Below are positions 15,801-24,366 of a stretch of DNA of 64,000 nucleotides, one piece after another (the stretch's first letter is position 1; every line of letters begins with the position of its first letter). Position numbers and translations under genes: made by a program. The DNA is taken from IMG/VR virus record IMGVR_UViG_3300045051_001511; one strand, 5' to 3'. The DNA comes from an uncultured virus (IMG/VR IMGVR_UViG_3300045051_001511). Taxonomy: Duplodnaviria; Heunggongvirae; Uroviricota; Caudoviricetes. A model generated the notes under the pieces. It made no database searches, was not told the DNA's origin, and worked only from the letters and a program-made list of their open reading frames with translations.

Positions 15801-16836
15801 TGCCGGGCTCTCCGCGCAGGTCGTGGACGCTCGCGGCATCGTCGAGAGCGCCACGGCCAGGCTAGACGCCCTTTCCCTCCCCCCACCCCCGGAGCCCGTG
15901 CCCTTCCCCGGCGCCCAGCGCCTGGCCGAGCTCGAGGCGGACCTCGATTTCCTCGACCCCGCGGCCGCGCGCGACATCATCCGCAAGGCCGACGAGGCCG
16001 ACATCCGGATCTCCGAGGCCCGTCGACGGAAAGCCGAGAAGCAGGCCCGGGCCGAAGAGCTGGCCAGGGAGCGCACGGAGATCCTCGCCTGCATCCACGT
16101 CGACCCCTCTCGCTCCCAGCTCGCCTCAAAAGACGACGCCCTCGAGGCAGAACGCGAGCATCTCACGGCGGCCCGGAGCGCCGGCGCTGCGGCCAAGGCC
16201 TTCGGGCTGTCAGCCAAAGCAAGCCTCGAAGATGCAAGGAAGCGCGAGGCGGCGCGCGACGAGGCCAGCCGGGAGAGGAGCGTCAAAGAGACCGAGATCG
16301 CGCAATGGCGCCTCCTTGAGCGCGCCGTGGAGGGCGTCCGCGACCTCGAGCTCGATGCGCTCGCGCCCTCGATCGCCGATGTCGCCACGAAGCTCCTCCA
16401 GAGCTCCGGCCGCGAGGGCCACATCGAGATCGATACGACCCGGATGAGCTCGGGCAGCGCCAAGAAGGCGAAGCAGATCGAGGATTTCCTCATCTTCCAC
16501 GTCGGCCAGGACGGCGAGCGGCAGGATATCGCGACCTGCTCCGGCGGCGAAATGGTCTGGATCCGGAAGGCCCTCTATGACGGTTTCGCGATCATCCGCG
16601 CTAGGAACGCGGGGATTCGTTTCATGACCGCCTTCCTCGATGAGACCGACGGGGCCCTCTTCCCAAAGGATCGCCAGGACTACTACCGGATGCTCGAGGC
16701 GGCCCACCGCGAGAGCGGACGCTACCAGACCATCCTCACAACGCATTCGCCCGAGATCCAGGCGATGGCGGCGCAGACGATCGACGTGACCAAGCTCGAG
16801 GCCCGCGGGGCCGCGGGGAAGGAGAGTGCAGCGTGA
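12850..16836 (+). CDS. SbcD-SbcC (Mre11-Rad50) fusion nuclease/ATPase
   Basis: HLADIH, GDLYD, GTPTHD, GDIH; GPNGNGKT; coiled coil with CPYC hook; CSGGE, FLDE, TTH. Confidence 0.9.
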   Translation: MKMLHLADIHKNTKRYRDVEISLDVAEETARGEEIDLFVLAGDLYDGAEQNSEIGMHDPFAARIQRLGDIAPVAIVYGTPTHDIPGSLDILERLACRYGITILRPGQAYFLDQRQIVTEPTSTSQAILFGMPEPGRSWIASRTTEAGKAKTAEEITAELKELSAAMLLGYGVRRREFPSLPAVLVYHGQVRGCKLSNGMTLPDGQVSAEDLRQVGADYYALGDIHEPQQIKGLPAYYPGSIYTDWGEYHKAGCNLVEIAHPVDPETNELFSFDGTDVDVKVTRVHFPHPQRAKICIHFGETFLGSDIKGRIVWLEMTATKEQAAGIDTDELEALLLKSGALPGSRAILDVPPTETVRAGEIAKKATLEEKILVWGENSSIEIPDGARAKARELEAEVGSLAALSGPERRIRQIWTRLRGSRGFWARQKKDEVFIDWESYGEGVVAFIGPNGNGKTTTYEFGKPWPIPVSRPPKTLKAHFRLRDSAIENVSLEEVSGVYYRTLVNIDGANKSGEAKYFFYKGPGRDGPWEPYSAEATSGRQDPFLAAIDEVFGSMAIYMRTAFVAQKATADYPDLADATKGEKKQLIAELVGKDYSPYGAAAKLHGDTLESETIRLDATIAAAAGVDDDIARFELAIADAEERERAAAGDEERAIERGLRLKAEREAFVLLVKELDRKEQRSAQLEHELDECRAAVTKADEEVALFSTAANGRGAAETELAKSVELEKEAGALRAEKARIDEKNHAALVAYQEEQRVADLRRRSAQSDLDAARKALAEAEKAEALTLAQVDPEAEARVEAAEKEAAAAAADLDLAFIAKESADKELKELDESLEESRLQHQTTLQSQLQKARQAVSEAERALAVAQAKLESNPEPAEDCPYCGQSLPEGIYEPKLHEHHQAQDEVKRLEGLVDEADKVLKAAQKGYEDCARAFSEIQARRPALANKALAALQDAGSAQRAADAAKTSLETAKAAAQASKVAQEALAGLSAQVVDARGIVESATARLDALSLPPPPEPVPFPGAQRLAELEADLDFLDPAAARDIIRKADEADIRISEARRRKAEKQARAEELARERTEILACIHVDPSRSQLASKDDALEAEREHLTAARSAGAAAKAFGLSAKASLEDARKREAARDEASRERSVKETEIAQWRLLERAVEGVRDLELDALAPSIADVATKLLQSSGREGHIEIDTTRMSSGSAKKAKQIEDFLIFHVGQDGERQDIATCSGGEMVWIRKALYDGFAIIRARNAGIRFMTAFLDETDGALFPKDRQDYYRMLEAAHRESGRYQTILTTHSPEIQAMAAQTIDVTKLEARGAAGKESAA

Positions 16837-17774
16837 ACGACAGATATCAGGAATTCGGGGAGAAATACGCCCGGGAATATGGTTTCGATTCCAAGGAGGA
16901 AGAGGCGTTCATCGCGGCCCTGCGTAGCACTTTCCCGGAACACCAGCCCCAGGGCGCGGTGGTGGTTATCGAGGAGTTGAAAGGGCGCGCCCTGTCTCCA
17001 ATGTTGACGCCCCGCGCCCTGGTAGACCGTTTCGATTTCGCCATGGGATCGGAGGAGGGCCTGTCCGATAGCGAGATGCTCGCCCTCATCGAGGCGCATG
17101 ACGCGGCTCTCCTGGCCGCGGAACGGGCTGCTCTCGAAGCCATGCAGGATTCCTACCAGAAAGCCGAAGACGAACTATCGCAGACGCTCGACCAAACGAG
17201 GACCGAGCTCGCCGCCGCCCAGTCGAGCGAGAAGGCGCTACGAAAGGCGCTGGCCCGAAGTGACAAGGCCATCGGGCAGGCGCTTGAGGCCATCCATCGG
17301 AAGGAAAGCGCTTTGCGGCTTGTGATGCCCATCCTTGAGGCCGTCAGGCTTAAAGATCCAACGCCCCCAACCGAGGAAGCGTGGATCGCAATAACTACCG
17401 CCCTCGCCGCATCCTCGCCGAAGCCCGAGGTAGGGCCGCGTCCCCGCGTCGTCTGCCTCTGCGGCTCGACGCGCTTCATGGACGCCTTCCAAGCGGCAAA
17501 CCTTCGCGAGACGATCGCCGGTCGCATCGTGCTGACTATCGGATGCAACACGAAGAGCGAAGCCGACCTCATAGTCCTTGGGCAGCTAACACCGGAAGCC
17601 AAGGCCGCGCTCGACGAACTCCACAAGCGCAAGATCGATATGTCCGACGAGATCCTCGTCCTGAACGTCGGCGGGTATATCGGGGAAAGCACGCGCTCCG
17701 AGATCGAATATGCAAAGGCACACGGCAAGGCGATCCGCTATCTCGAGCCGAAGCCCGAGGGAGAGGAAGCATGA
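16833..17774 (+). CDS. Coiled-coil protein with C-terminal nucleoside deoxyribosyltransferase-like domain
   Basis: VCLCGSTRF...HKRKIDMSDEILVLNVGGYIGESTRSEIEYA. Confidence 0.65.
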   Translation: MNDRYQEFGEKYAREYGFDSKEEEAFIAALRSTFPEHQPQGAVVVIEELKGRALSPMLTPRALVDRFDFAMGSEEGLSDSEMLALIEAHDAALLAAERAALEAMQDSYQKAEDELSQTLDQTRTELAAAQSSEKALRKALARSDKAIGQALEAIHRKESALRLVMPILEAVRLKDPTPPTEEAWIAITTALAASSPKPEVGPRPRVVCLCGSTRFMDAFQAANLRETIAGRIVLTIGCNTKSEADLIVLGQLTPEAKAALDELHKRKIDMSDEILVLNVGGYIGESTRSEIEYAKAHGKAIRYLEPKPEGEEA

Positions 17775-17974
17775 AGAACAAATTCAAGCTTCAGCTTCCC
17801 GAAAATGGTTTCGGCTTCCCCTGCAATATCTGCGAAAATCACAACCAACCCGTCGAGAAATGCCGAGACTGCACCGGCTACGGCGGCCCTTTCGATGCGG
17901 ATATCTCGGATATTCGCAGGCTGATGGAATCGCACGAAGCCAAGGCCGAAGGCCGGGAGGAGGGGAGATGCTGA
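17771..17974 (+). CDS. Small Cys-rich hypothetical protein
   Basis: CNIC...CRDC; coupled start. Confidence 0.5.
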   Translation: MKNKFKLQLPENGFGFPCNICENHNQPVEKCRDCTGYGGPFDADISDIRRLMESHEAKAEGREEGRC

Positions 17975-18357
17975 CCCTAAGCATTCGCCAGCCCTGGGCC
18001 TGGCTTATCGTCAACGGCTGGAAGGATATCGAGAATCGAACCTGGCCGACAAAGCTCCGGGGGGCATTCCTCGTCCACGCAGGCAAGGGCATGACCCATG
18101 ATGATTATGACGAAGCGCGATTCCTGGTCATGCACATTCGCGGCAATCTCGACGGCTTCCCTGGATTCGGCGAACTCCTTCGCGGCGGGATTGTAGGGCA
18201 GGCAAGCATCGTCGATTGCGTTGGCGATTCCCCGAGTCCCTGGTTCTTCGGCCCTCACGGATTCGTCCTCAAGTATGCGCGCGTGATCCCATTTATCCCC
18301 AGTAAGGGCCAACTCGGATTTTATGATAGCGGTTTTATATTTGGAGGGAGATCATGA
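17968..18357 (+). CDS. ASCH-domain protein
   Basis: LSIRQPWAWLIVNGWKDIENRTW...HAGK...KGQLG. Confidence 0.9.
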   Translation: MLTLSIRQPWAWLIVNGWKDIENRTWPTKLRGAFLVHAGKGMTHDDYDEARFLVMHIRGNLDGFPGFGELLRGGIVGQASIVDCVGDSPSPWFFGPHGFVLKYARVIPFIPSKGQLGFYDSGFIFGGRS

Positions 18358-18575
18358 TCGAGTACGAGATCCACACGCGAGGTTCCTGCGCGAAGATCGA
18401 GGACGTGCCTTCTGGCGCGACGATCCTCGAGGCCGACGGCAAAGAGGTCATAGCCCGCTGCGAGGCTTGCGGGAAGCCTATCACCACCGGGGCAGACTGG
18501 AAGTGCGACGCCGAGGGCATGGAGTTCTGTATTCATTGCTGGAACGAAATGCTCGCGGCCGAGCCCGTAGAGTAA
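18354..18575 (+). CDS. Small Zn-finger protein
   Basis: CEAC...CIHC. Confidence 0.55.
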   Translation: MIEYEIHTRGSCAKIEDVPSGATILEADGKEVIARCEACGKPITTGADWKCDAEGMEFCIHCWNEMLAAEPVE

Positions 18576-18663
18576 TAGACGAGCGCGATGAGCGACACTG
18601 CCGGGCGAGAGACCTCGTCCGGCTTTTCTGCACGGGCTCGAGAAGGTATCGAAAGGAGATCCC

Positions 18664-19146
18664 ATGGCAACAATGAAATACGCCGAGGGAACGGATGTCC
18701 CCATCGACAGAAGTAAGTCCGAGATTGAGAAGGTCCTGGGCCGTTATGGAGCGGACGAATTTGCATACGGTATTAAGGCAGGTCGGGCGCTTGTAGGGTT
18801 TGTTGCGCACGGCAAGCAGGTCCGCTTCATCCTTCCTCTGCCGGACCCTGAGGCTCCCGAGTTCCGCAAGACTGCGACCGGAAGAGCGCGAAAGGGCAAT
18901 GCGGTGAACGAAGCTTTCGAGGCTGAGATGCGCCGCCGCTGGAGAGCCCTCGCCCTCGTGATCAAGGCGAAGCTCGAGGCCGTCTCGACGGGAATCGTCT
19001 CCTTTGAAGAGGAATTCCTCCCTTATATCGTGCTACCCGGAGGCCAGACGGTAGCAGAGAGAATACTGCCGGGCCTAGAAGATGCGTACCGAACCGGCAG
19101 GATTCCTGCACTACTCCCCGACCTTCGAAAGAAAGACCGAGATTGA
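18664..19146 (+). CDS. Conserved phage protein
   Basis: RBS AAGGAG; SKSEIE.VL.RYGA...RRWRAL.L.IKAKLEAV pattern. Confidence 0.7.
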   Translation: MATMKYAEGTDVPIDRSKSEIEKVLGRYGADEFAYGIKAGRALVGFVAHGKQVRFILPLPDPEAPEFRKTATGRARKGNAVNEAFEAEMRRRWRALALVIKAKLEAVSTGIVSFEEEFLPYIVLPGGQTVAERILPGLEDAYRTGRIPALLPDLRKKDRD

Positions 19147-19165
19147 CGTTTAGGGAAGGCATGAC

Positions 19166-20293
19166 ATGGGGCGCACATCGCTTAAGGGACTCGACTATTT
19201 TCCGATCGACACAACCTGGGAAACGAACGTCAAACTGGTTAAGGCCAAGTTCGGAACCCTCGAGGGCGCCGGATTCCTCGCCGAGCTCTGGGCCTCGATC
19301 TATCGAGAAAACTACTATCGCGACTGGACCGAGGAGACCGAGCTTCTATTCGCCGACGAGATCAAGCGCGACGTCGCATGGGTCCACGAGGTCGTCGAGT
19401 ACTGCTTCGAGAAAAAAATCTTCGACCGAGCCATCTACGACCGCAAAAAAGTCCTCACCTCGCACGGCATCCAAAAGCGCTATTTCAAGATCGCGCGCGA
19501 CTCCCTGAAGCGAACCGGCCTCGACTACATCGACGGCGTCACCTACCCGGATTTTATGCCCAAAAATAACCTCGGGGGAAAAGCCGATAACCCCGGAGGT
19601 TATACCGATAACCCCGGAGGAAAAGCCGAAAATCAAGGAGGTTATGACGACAAGCAAAGCAAAGCAAATTTAAATGAATTGAATTTAAACAAAGCAGCTA
19701 GCGCTGCAGAGGCCCGCCCGCTCGACCTTGTGGATAACTTGGGCGAGGAGCTTAGGAACGGAGGACTCGTCTTCTCGGAAGCGGACCTTCAGGCCCTCGC
19801 CCTCCGCTGTGTGACCCGAGGCCTCGACGCCGGATTCGTGTCGTATGCCATCGATAGGGCGGGGAAGACGCCGAAGACCAAGAACCCGAAAGGACTCGCA
19901 AAGCGCGGGCTCCTCGAGTACGACAACTGGGCGGAAGAGTACGCGGCCTCCTCGAAGCCGACGGACGAGCATGGCCTTGCTCCGCTTCCTGGCCCATGTT
20001 CATGCGGGGGACTCATCAAGGCGCAAATAAACATCGGGCAGGGCGTATGCAGCTCATGCGGCGACTTCTGGGAGTACGATTTCAAGGCCAAGGCCTGGCG
20101 CAAGACAAAGCCCGAGCCTGCCGTGTCTTGGAACTGCCCCGATTGCAAGACCTCTCTCGATGTCGACCACTCGGACCCTGTCCAGCCTCGGGCCTCATGC
20201 CCGAGCTGCGGCGGGCGATGGCTCCTGGACCACGACTGGGGCGAATGGGTCAGGGATCCCGAGCCTGCAGAGGCAATACGGGGAACGGGGTGA
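19166..20293 (+). CDS. Replication initiator (DUF4373-like N-terminus, C-terminal Zn ribbons)
   Basis: GLDYFPID...VLTSHGIQKRY; internal iterons. Confidence 0.8.
   Translation: MGRTSLKGLDYFPIDTTWETNVKLVKAKFGTLEGAGFLAELWASIYRENYYRDWTEETELLFADEIKRDVAWVHEVVEYCFEKKIFDRAIYDRKKVLTSHGIQKRYFKIARDSLKRTGLDYIDGVTYPDFMPKNNLGGKADNPGGYTDNPGGKAENQGGYDDKQSKANLNELNLNKAASAAEARPLDLVDNLGEELRNGGLVFSEADLQALALRCVTRGLDAGFVSYAIDRAGKTPKTKNPKGLAKRGLLEYDNWAEEYAASSKPTDEHGLAPLPGPCSCGGLIKAQINIGQGVCSSCGDFWEYDFKAKAWRKTKPEPAVSWNCPDCKTSLDVDHSDPVQPRASCPSCGGRWLLDHDWGEWVRDPEPAEAIRGTG
19568..19737. repeat. Putative origin: four 21-bp iterons, AT-rich tract, DnaA box
   Basis: AACCCCGGAGG-type units 19568-19651; AT-rich 19652-19695; TGTGGATAA 19729-19737. 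Confidence 0.75.
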
Positions 20294-20413
20294 TACGATT
20301 TTTGACGATTTTTCCGCGCTATTGTCTCTATTGGTCTCTATTGTCCGCATTATGCGCGATCCGCGAAATATTCAAACTTGACAATGATATTTGACGCGAT
20401 GTAGCCATAAACC

Positions 20414-21115
20414 ATGGCGAAGTCCAATAGCGCGAATGCAAAGGCCCCGGCGAAGAAGACCCCTGCGAAGGGTCGCTCCGCCGTGGGCGCGCGCTCTCGG
20501 ACCACGAAGGCTAGTACCTATGCGAAGAAACAAAGCCCGGGCAAGACCACTAAGCCCGCTCGGAAATCTTCGGCGCCCTCACGCGCGCGCGGAGCCGCGA
20601 AGAAGCCCGCCCCCAAGAAGCAGACCATCAAGCAAGCAGCCGCGGCCCTGGGTGCTGCCCTCGCTTCGCCCTCCATCCCCCTCGCCCCTCCGCCTCCTCG
20701 CGGCCGTGGCCGCCCGAAGGATACTCCTGACGTCTGGACGCAAGAGCATATCGAGGAAGTCGCAGAGCAGCTCTGGGACTATATCGAGTCGACACCGTGC
20801 CCGACCGAGGCCGAGTTCTGCTACAAGTTTCTCGTTGCCCATCAACGCCTCGGAGATATTCCGCTCCTCCGCCAGCTCAAGGAGTTCATGTTCGCGAAGC
20901 GCCAGGCCTTCACGATTGGGAAGGGCATCAAGCTTGGCCAGGGACAGGGACCGCTCGGTTCCTTCCTCGCGAAGCTTGCCGCGAACGCGGGGCCGTTCTC
21001 GATGGTCGAGAAGAGCGAAAGCACGATTCACAATCCCCGCCCGTTCTCGAACCTGAGCGACGAGGACCTCGAAAAGATCATCTCCGACGAGTTCTCGAGG
21101 CGCTCCAATGGATGA
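20414..21115 (+). CDS. Putative terminase small subunit
   Basis: Position before the large terminase; GRGRPK motif; basic low-complexity N-terminus. Confidence 0.6.
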   Translation: MAKSNSANAKAPAKKTPAKGRSAVGARSRTTKASTYAKKQSPGKTTKPARKSSAPSRARGAAKKPAPKKQTIKQAAAALGAALASPSIPLAPPPPRGRGRPKDTPDVWTQEHIEEVAEQLWDYIESTPCPTEAEFCYKFLVAHQRLGDIPLLRQLKEFMFAKRQAFTIGKGIKLGQGQGPLGSFLAKLAANAGPFSMVEKSESTIHNPRPFSNLSDEDLEKIISDEFSRRSNG

Positions 21116-22607
21116 CGCCATGTTCGCGGAAGCGATCAACGAAGCGCGCTCGAGGCGGGCCCTGCATTCCCATCTCGAGTTCATGGATTTTACCTGGGTG
21201 AAGAAAGAGCCCTTCGTCAAGGGCTTCCATACGCGCCGAATCTGCGTCGAGATCGATCAGGCCATGGACGCCTTCCGCCAGGGCAAGTCGACCTACATCC
21301 TGATCGCCGTCCATCCTCGATCCGGGAAAACGGATCTCGTCTCTCGCTATCTCGGACCTCATTTCCTCGGCGAATTCCCGGACAAGGAAGTCATCCAGGT
21401 TTCATATCAGGCGAATCTCGCGGCGACCTTTTCGACCTTTGGGCGCAATATCGTGCGCTCGCCCAAGTACCACTCGCTCTACCCGAACGTGCAGCTCTCG
21501 AGCGAGACGAACAAGAAAGACGATTGGGTCCTCGTCGACGAGACCGGGCAGCCGACGGGCGGGCGCCTCTACGCATCGGGTCTTCTCTCGGGCCTCACGG
21601 GCAATGGCTTCCACCTGGGCATCCTCGACGATTACTGCGCCGGCCGTGCAGATGCCGAGTCGAAGGTCTTCCGCGACAAGACCTGGGCGGCATTCACGGA
21701 CGACTTCATGACGCGCCGCGCTCCGGTCTGCATCACGATCGTCCTCGCGACGCAGTGGCACGTTGACGACATCAATGGCCGGATCAAGAAGGAGATGGAG
21801 AAGAACCCGGACTTCCCGCAGTTCAAGGTCTTGTCGTTCCCGGCGCGCGCTGCTGACTACCAGGGCGAGGGCGCCTATCCCGGGAAGTATCTCTTCCTCG
21901 AGCGCTATGACGAGGCCTGGTACCGGTCGCAGTATGCGACCCTCGGGCCCTACTCTTCCTCGGCCCTCTTCGACTGCAACCCCATCGTCCGCGAGGGCGG
22001 CCGTTTTGACCTGTCGACGATCGACTACCAAGACCAGATGCGCGTCGACACCGAGAAGCGGTGGATCCGCGTCTGGGATCTCGCGCACACCGCGAAGCAG
22101 CGAGCCGGGGACGATCCCGACTGGACGAGCGGAACGCTTCTCGCCTTCGTCGACGAGCCCGACGATCCGGTGCCGCACCTGTACGTCAAGGATGTGACGA
22201 GGACGCGAGAGGGCGCAGCCAAGAGAGACCCGATCATCGAGGGCGTTGCGAATGCCGATGGCGTTTTCGTCCGCCAGGCTCTCGGCCATTCCGTCGACGC
22301 CAAGGACGCCTTCGAGTACTTGCAGAAGGCGATGCCGCACATCTCCTGGACGGCGATCCTTGAGCAGGGCGACAAGGGCGCGCGAGCGACACCGCTCGAA
22401 GCGATATTCGCCGCGCCCGGCCATGTCCATGCGCAGCGCGGCGACTGGAACGAGGCCTGGATCGAAGAGCTCCTCCGCTTCGATGGATCCGGCAAGGATC
22501 ATGACGACCAGGTGGACAACCTCTCGGCGGGCTATCAAGAGCAACGCGGCGGGGCGCCCGCCGATCCCCGCGTGGGCGCTGCCCTCGCGGCACGGAGGAA
22601 GCGGTGA
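21108..22607 (+). CDS. terL: Terminase large subunit
   Basis: HPRSGKT, ILDD, TQWH.DD, RVWDLA, HDDQVD. Confidence 0.9.
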   Translation: MDDAMFAEAINEARSRRALHSHLEFMDFTWVKKEPFVKGFHTRRICVEIDQAMDAFRQGKSTYILIAVHPRSGKTDLVSRYLGPHFLGEFPDKEVIQVSYQANLAATFSTFGRNIVRSPKYHSLYPNVQLSSETNKKDDWVLVDETGQPTGGRLYASGLLSGLTGNGFHLGILDDYCAGRADAESKVFRDKTWAAFTDDFMTRRAPVCITIVLATQWHVDDINGRIKKEMEKNPDFPQFKVLSFPARAADYQGEGAYPGKYLFLERYDEAWYRSQYATLGPYSSSALFDCNPIVREGGRFDLSTIDYQDQMRVDTEKRWIRVWDLAHTAKQRAGDDPDWTSGTLLAFVDEPDDPVPHLYVKDVTRTREGAAKRDPIIEGVANADGVFVRQALGHSVDAKDAFEYLQKAMPHISWTAILEQGDKGARATPLEAIFAAPGHVHAQRGDWNEAWIEELLRFDGSGKDHDDQVDNLSAGYQEQRGGAPADPRVGAALAARRKR

Positions 22608-24058
22608 ACATCGAGATCCATAGCCGAAACGGCGGGTCCTTCTCATGGTCGAGCGGCAAGGAAAACGCGACCCCGACGAGGATGCCCGCCCGCCGCCCCG
22701 CACCTCGCGACATGACAGGCGACAAGCCCGTGAACGAGGAGATGCTCCGCGGTCTCTACCATGGCGACTATCGCGGCCTTCAGTTCGCTTCGCCCCTCGC
22801 CTTTACGCCGATCGCGAGGCCCGTATCCATGATGGGACTCCCGACGCCGACGAGCGAGGACGAGCGGACGCAAGAGGTCCTCGACGAGATCGTGGCCATG
22901 ATGGCCGACCGGATCCCAAAGCTCCACCGAACCTTCGCACTTCTCGGGACTGCCTGGCGCTGGCCGCGCTTCGACATCGATTCCGGGGCCCTCGTCTGGG
23001 AAGAGCTCCCCGATTCCATCGTGTCCGATATCCTCGTCGACCTCGTGACCGGACGCCCCGGCGCCATTCTCACCGACGAGCAGATCGCCATCTCGATCGC
23101 CGAGAACCAGGTGGTCTACATCCAGCGCAAACGGCGCTTCGATCCGGCCCAGGTGACCGTCCGCTATTTCGGCCAGAAGCCCCAAAGCATTCAGGATTTC
23201 ACGGCGCGTAACGTAGCCGGGATTCTCCCCTGCGTCTTTGCTCATGACGCTGACGAGGGCGAAATCCGAGGCCATTCCGCGCTTGCGCGCATCATCCGTG
23301 ACCTTAAGGATTATCACGATATCGACTATCGCGTTTCGGAGATCTTGACGAAGTTCCTGCCGAAGCAGGTACAGAGCACGGACGACGTCGGGAAATGGTG
23401 CGAGAACAACCTAGGCACCTCGGATCCCTCGAGCCTTGTCGACTATGACGTTGCTGGGAGCGACCTCGTCATCAACCGCAAAGGCGAAGAGACCGACTAC
23501 AAGCACCTTCCCGAAGAGGCGACGGCCGCCCACGAGAAGACCCTGGAGCGCAAGTACTACAAGATCATCGAGGGCTCGGGCATCCCCGAGCTCTTCTGGG
23601 GCCCCCTTGCGACGGGGAATCATGCCAGTACCGAGACGGACTACCAGCAGGCGATCGGATATGTCGAGGGCCTCCGCCGGGAGCTCGATCGTCCCTACCA
23701 TGAGCTTTTCGCCGCGAGCCTACGGATCCTCTCCATCGTCCGCGGAGAGAATTACCAGCCCTTCGAGGTGAAGTGGAATCTCCTCGAGTCGGTCTCGGCC
23801 GAGACGAAGTCCAAGATCTTCCAAGCCTTCGCCGCCGGGGTTTCGTCCCTCGCAGGATCGGCGACGATCACGAAGCCCATGCTCTACAAGATCTGGAAGA
23901 TGAACTACCCCGAATCGACCGATGCGACCTTCGAGGAGTTCATTGCGGGCATGGAAGAGATGGCGATTTTCAAGCAGTTCGTCGGCGAGACCTACGGGCA
24001 GGGCCTTGAGGACTTCCAGGCCAAAGCCGGGGCGGATGCCCAGGGGGCGACATCGTGA
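22604..24058 (+). CDS. Portal protein
   Basis: Size, position after terL, SGIPELFWG motif. Confidence 0.75.
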   Translation: MNIEIHSRNGGSFSWSSGKENATPTRMPARRPAPRDMTGDKPVNEEMLRGLYHGDYRGLQFASPLAFTPIARPVSMMGLPTPTSEDERTQEVLDEIVAMMADRIPKLHRTFALLGTAWRWPRFDIDSGALVWEELPDSIVSDILVDLVTGRPGAILTDEQIAISIAENQVVYIQRKRRFDPAQVTVRYFGQKPQSIQDFTARNVAGILPCVFAHDADEGEIRGHSALARIIRDLKDYHDIDYRVSEILTKFLPKQVQSTDDVGKWCENNLGTSDPSSLVDYDVAGSDLVINRKGEETDYKHLPEEATAAHEKTLERKYYKIIEGSGIPELFWGPLATGNHASTETDYQQAIGYVEGLRRELDRPYHELFAASLRILSIVRGENYQPFEVKWNLLESVSAETKSKIFQAFAAGVSSLAGSATITKPMLYKIWKMNYPESTDATFEEFIAGMEEMAIFKQFVGETYGQGLEDFQAKAGADAQGATS

Positions 24059-24366
24059 CCCTCCTTCGCCGCGTCGTCCTGCGCCTCCGGGGAAACCGGG
24101 GCGACTACGTCGACTGGCTTGCGGTAGCTCGCGATTACAGCTACGTCGCGATCGATGCCAAGCCGACGCTCGGCCGCGACGGTCAGGTTGTCTATGCGGC
24201 TGGCCGCCCCGTCGCCTATTCGAGCCCCGTCACTTTCGTTGATGGCCACTGGATCGCCCATGAGCTCCCCGAACATCGCCCGATGTATCTTCCCCTTGAG
24301 GCAATAGTCGGGCCGCTGCCCGGGCCCAAGGATAGCCTCCGCGCCAGGCCCAAGAGGCGAGCATGA
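24055..24366 (+). CDS. Hypothetical protein
   Basis: Coupled ORF between portal and head morphogenesis genes. Confidence 0.5.
   Translation: MTLLRRVVLRLRGNRGDYVDWLAVARDYSYVAIDAKPTLGRDGQVVYAAGRPVAYSSPVTFVDGHWIAHELPEHRPMYLPLEAIVGPLPGPKDSLRARPKRRA

Noticed and set aside
17762..17770. AGAGGAAGC at an RBS, complementary to the invariant loop GCTTCCTCT of the tRNA mimic
   Set aside because: A single 9-nt match is expected by chance in 64 kb, and I saw no equivalent site in prophage B.
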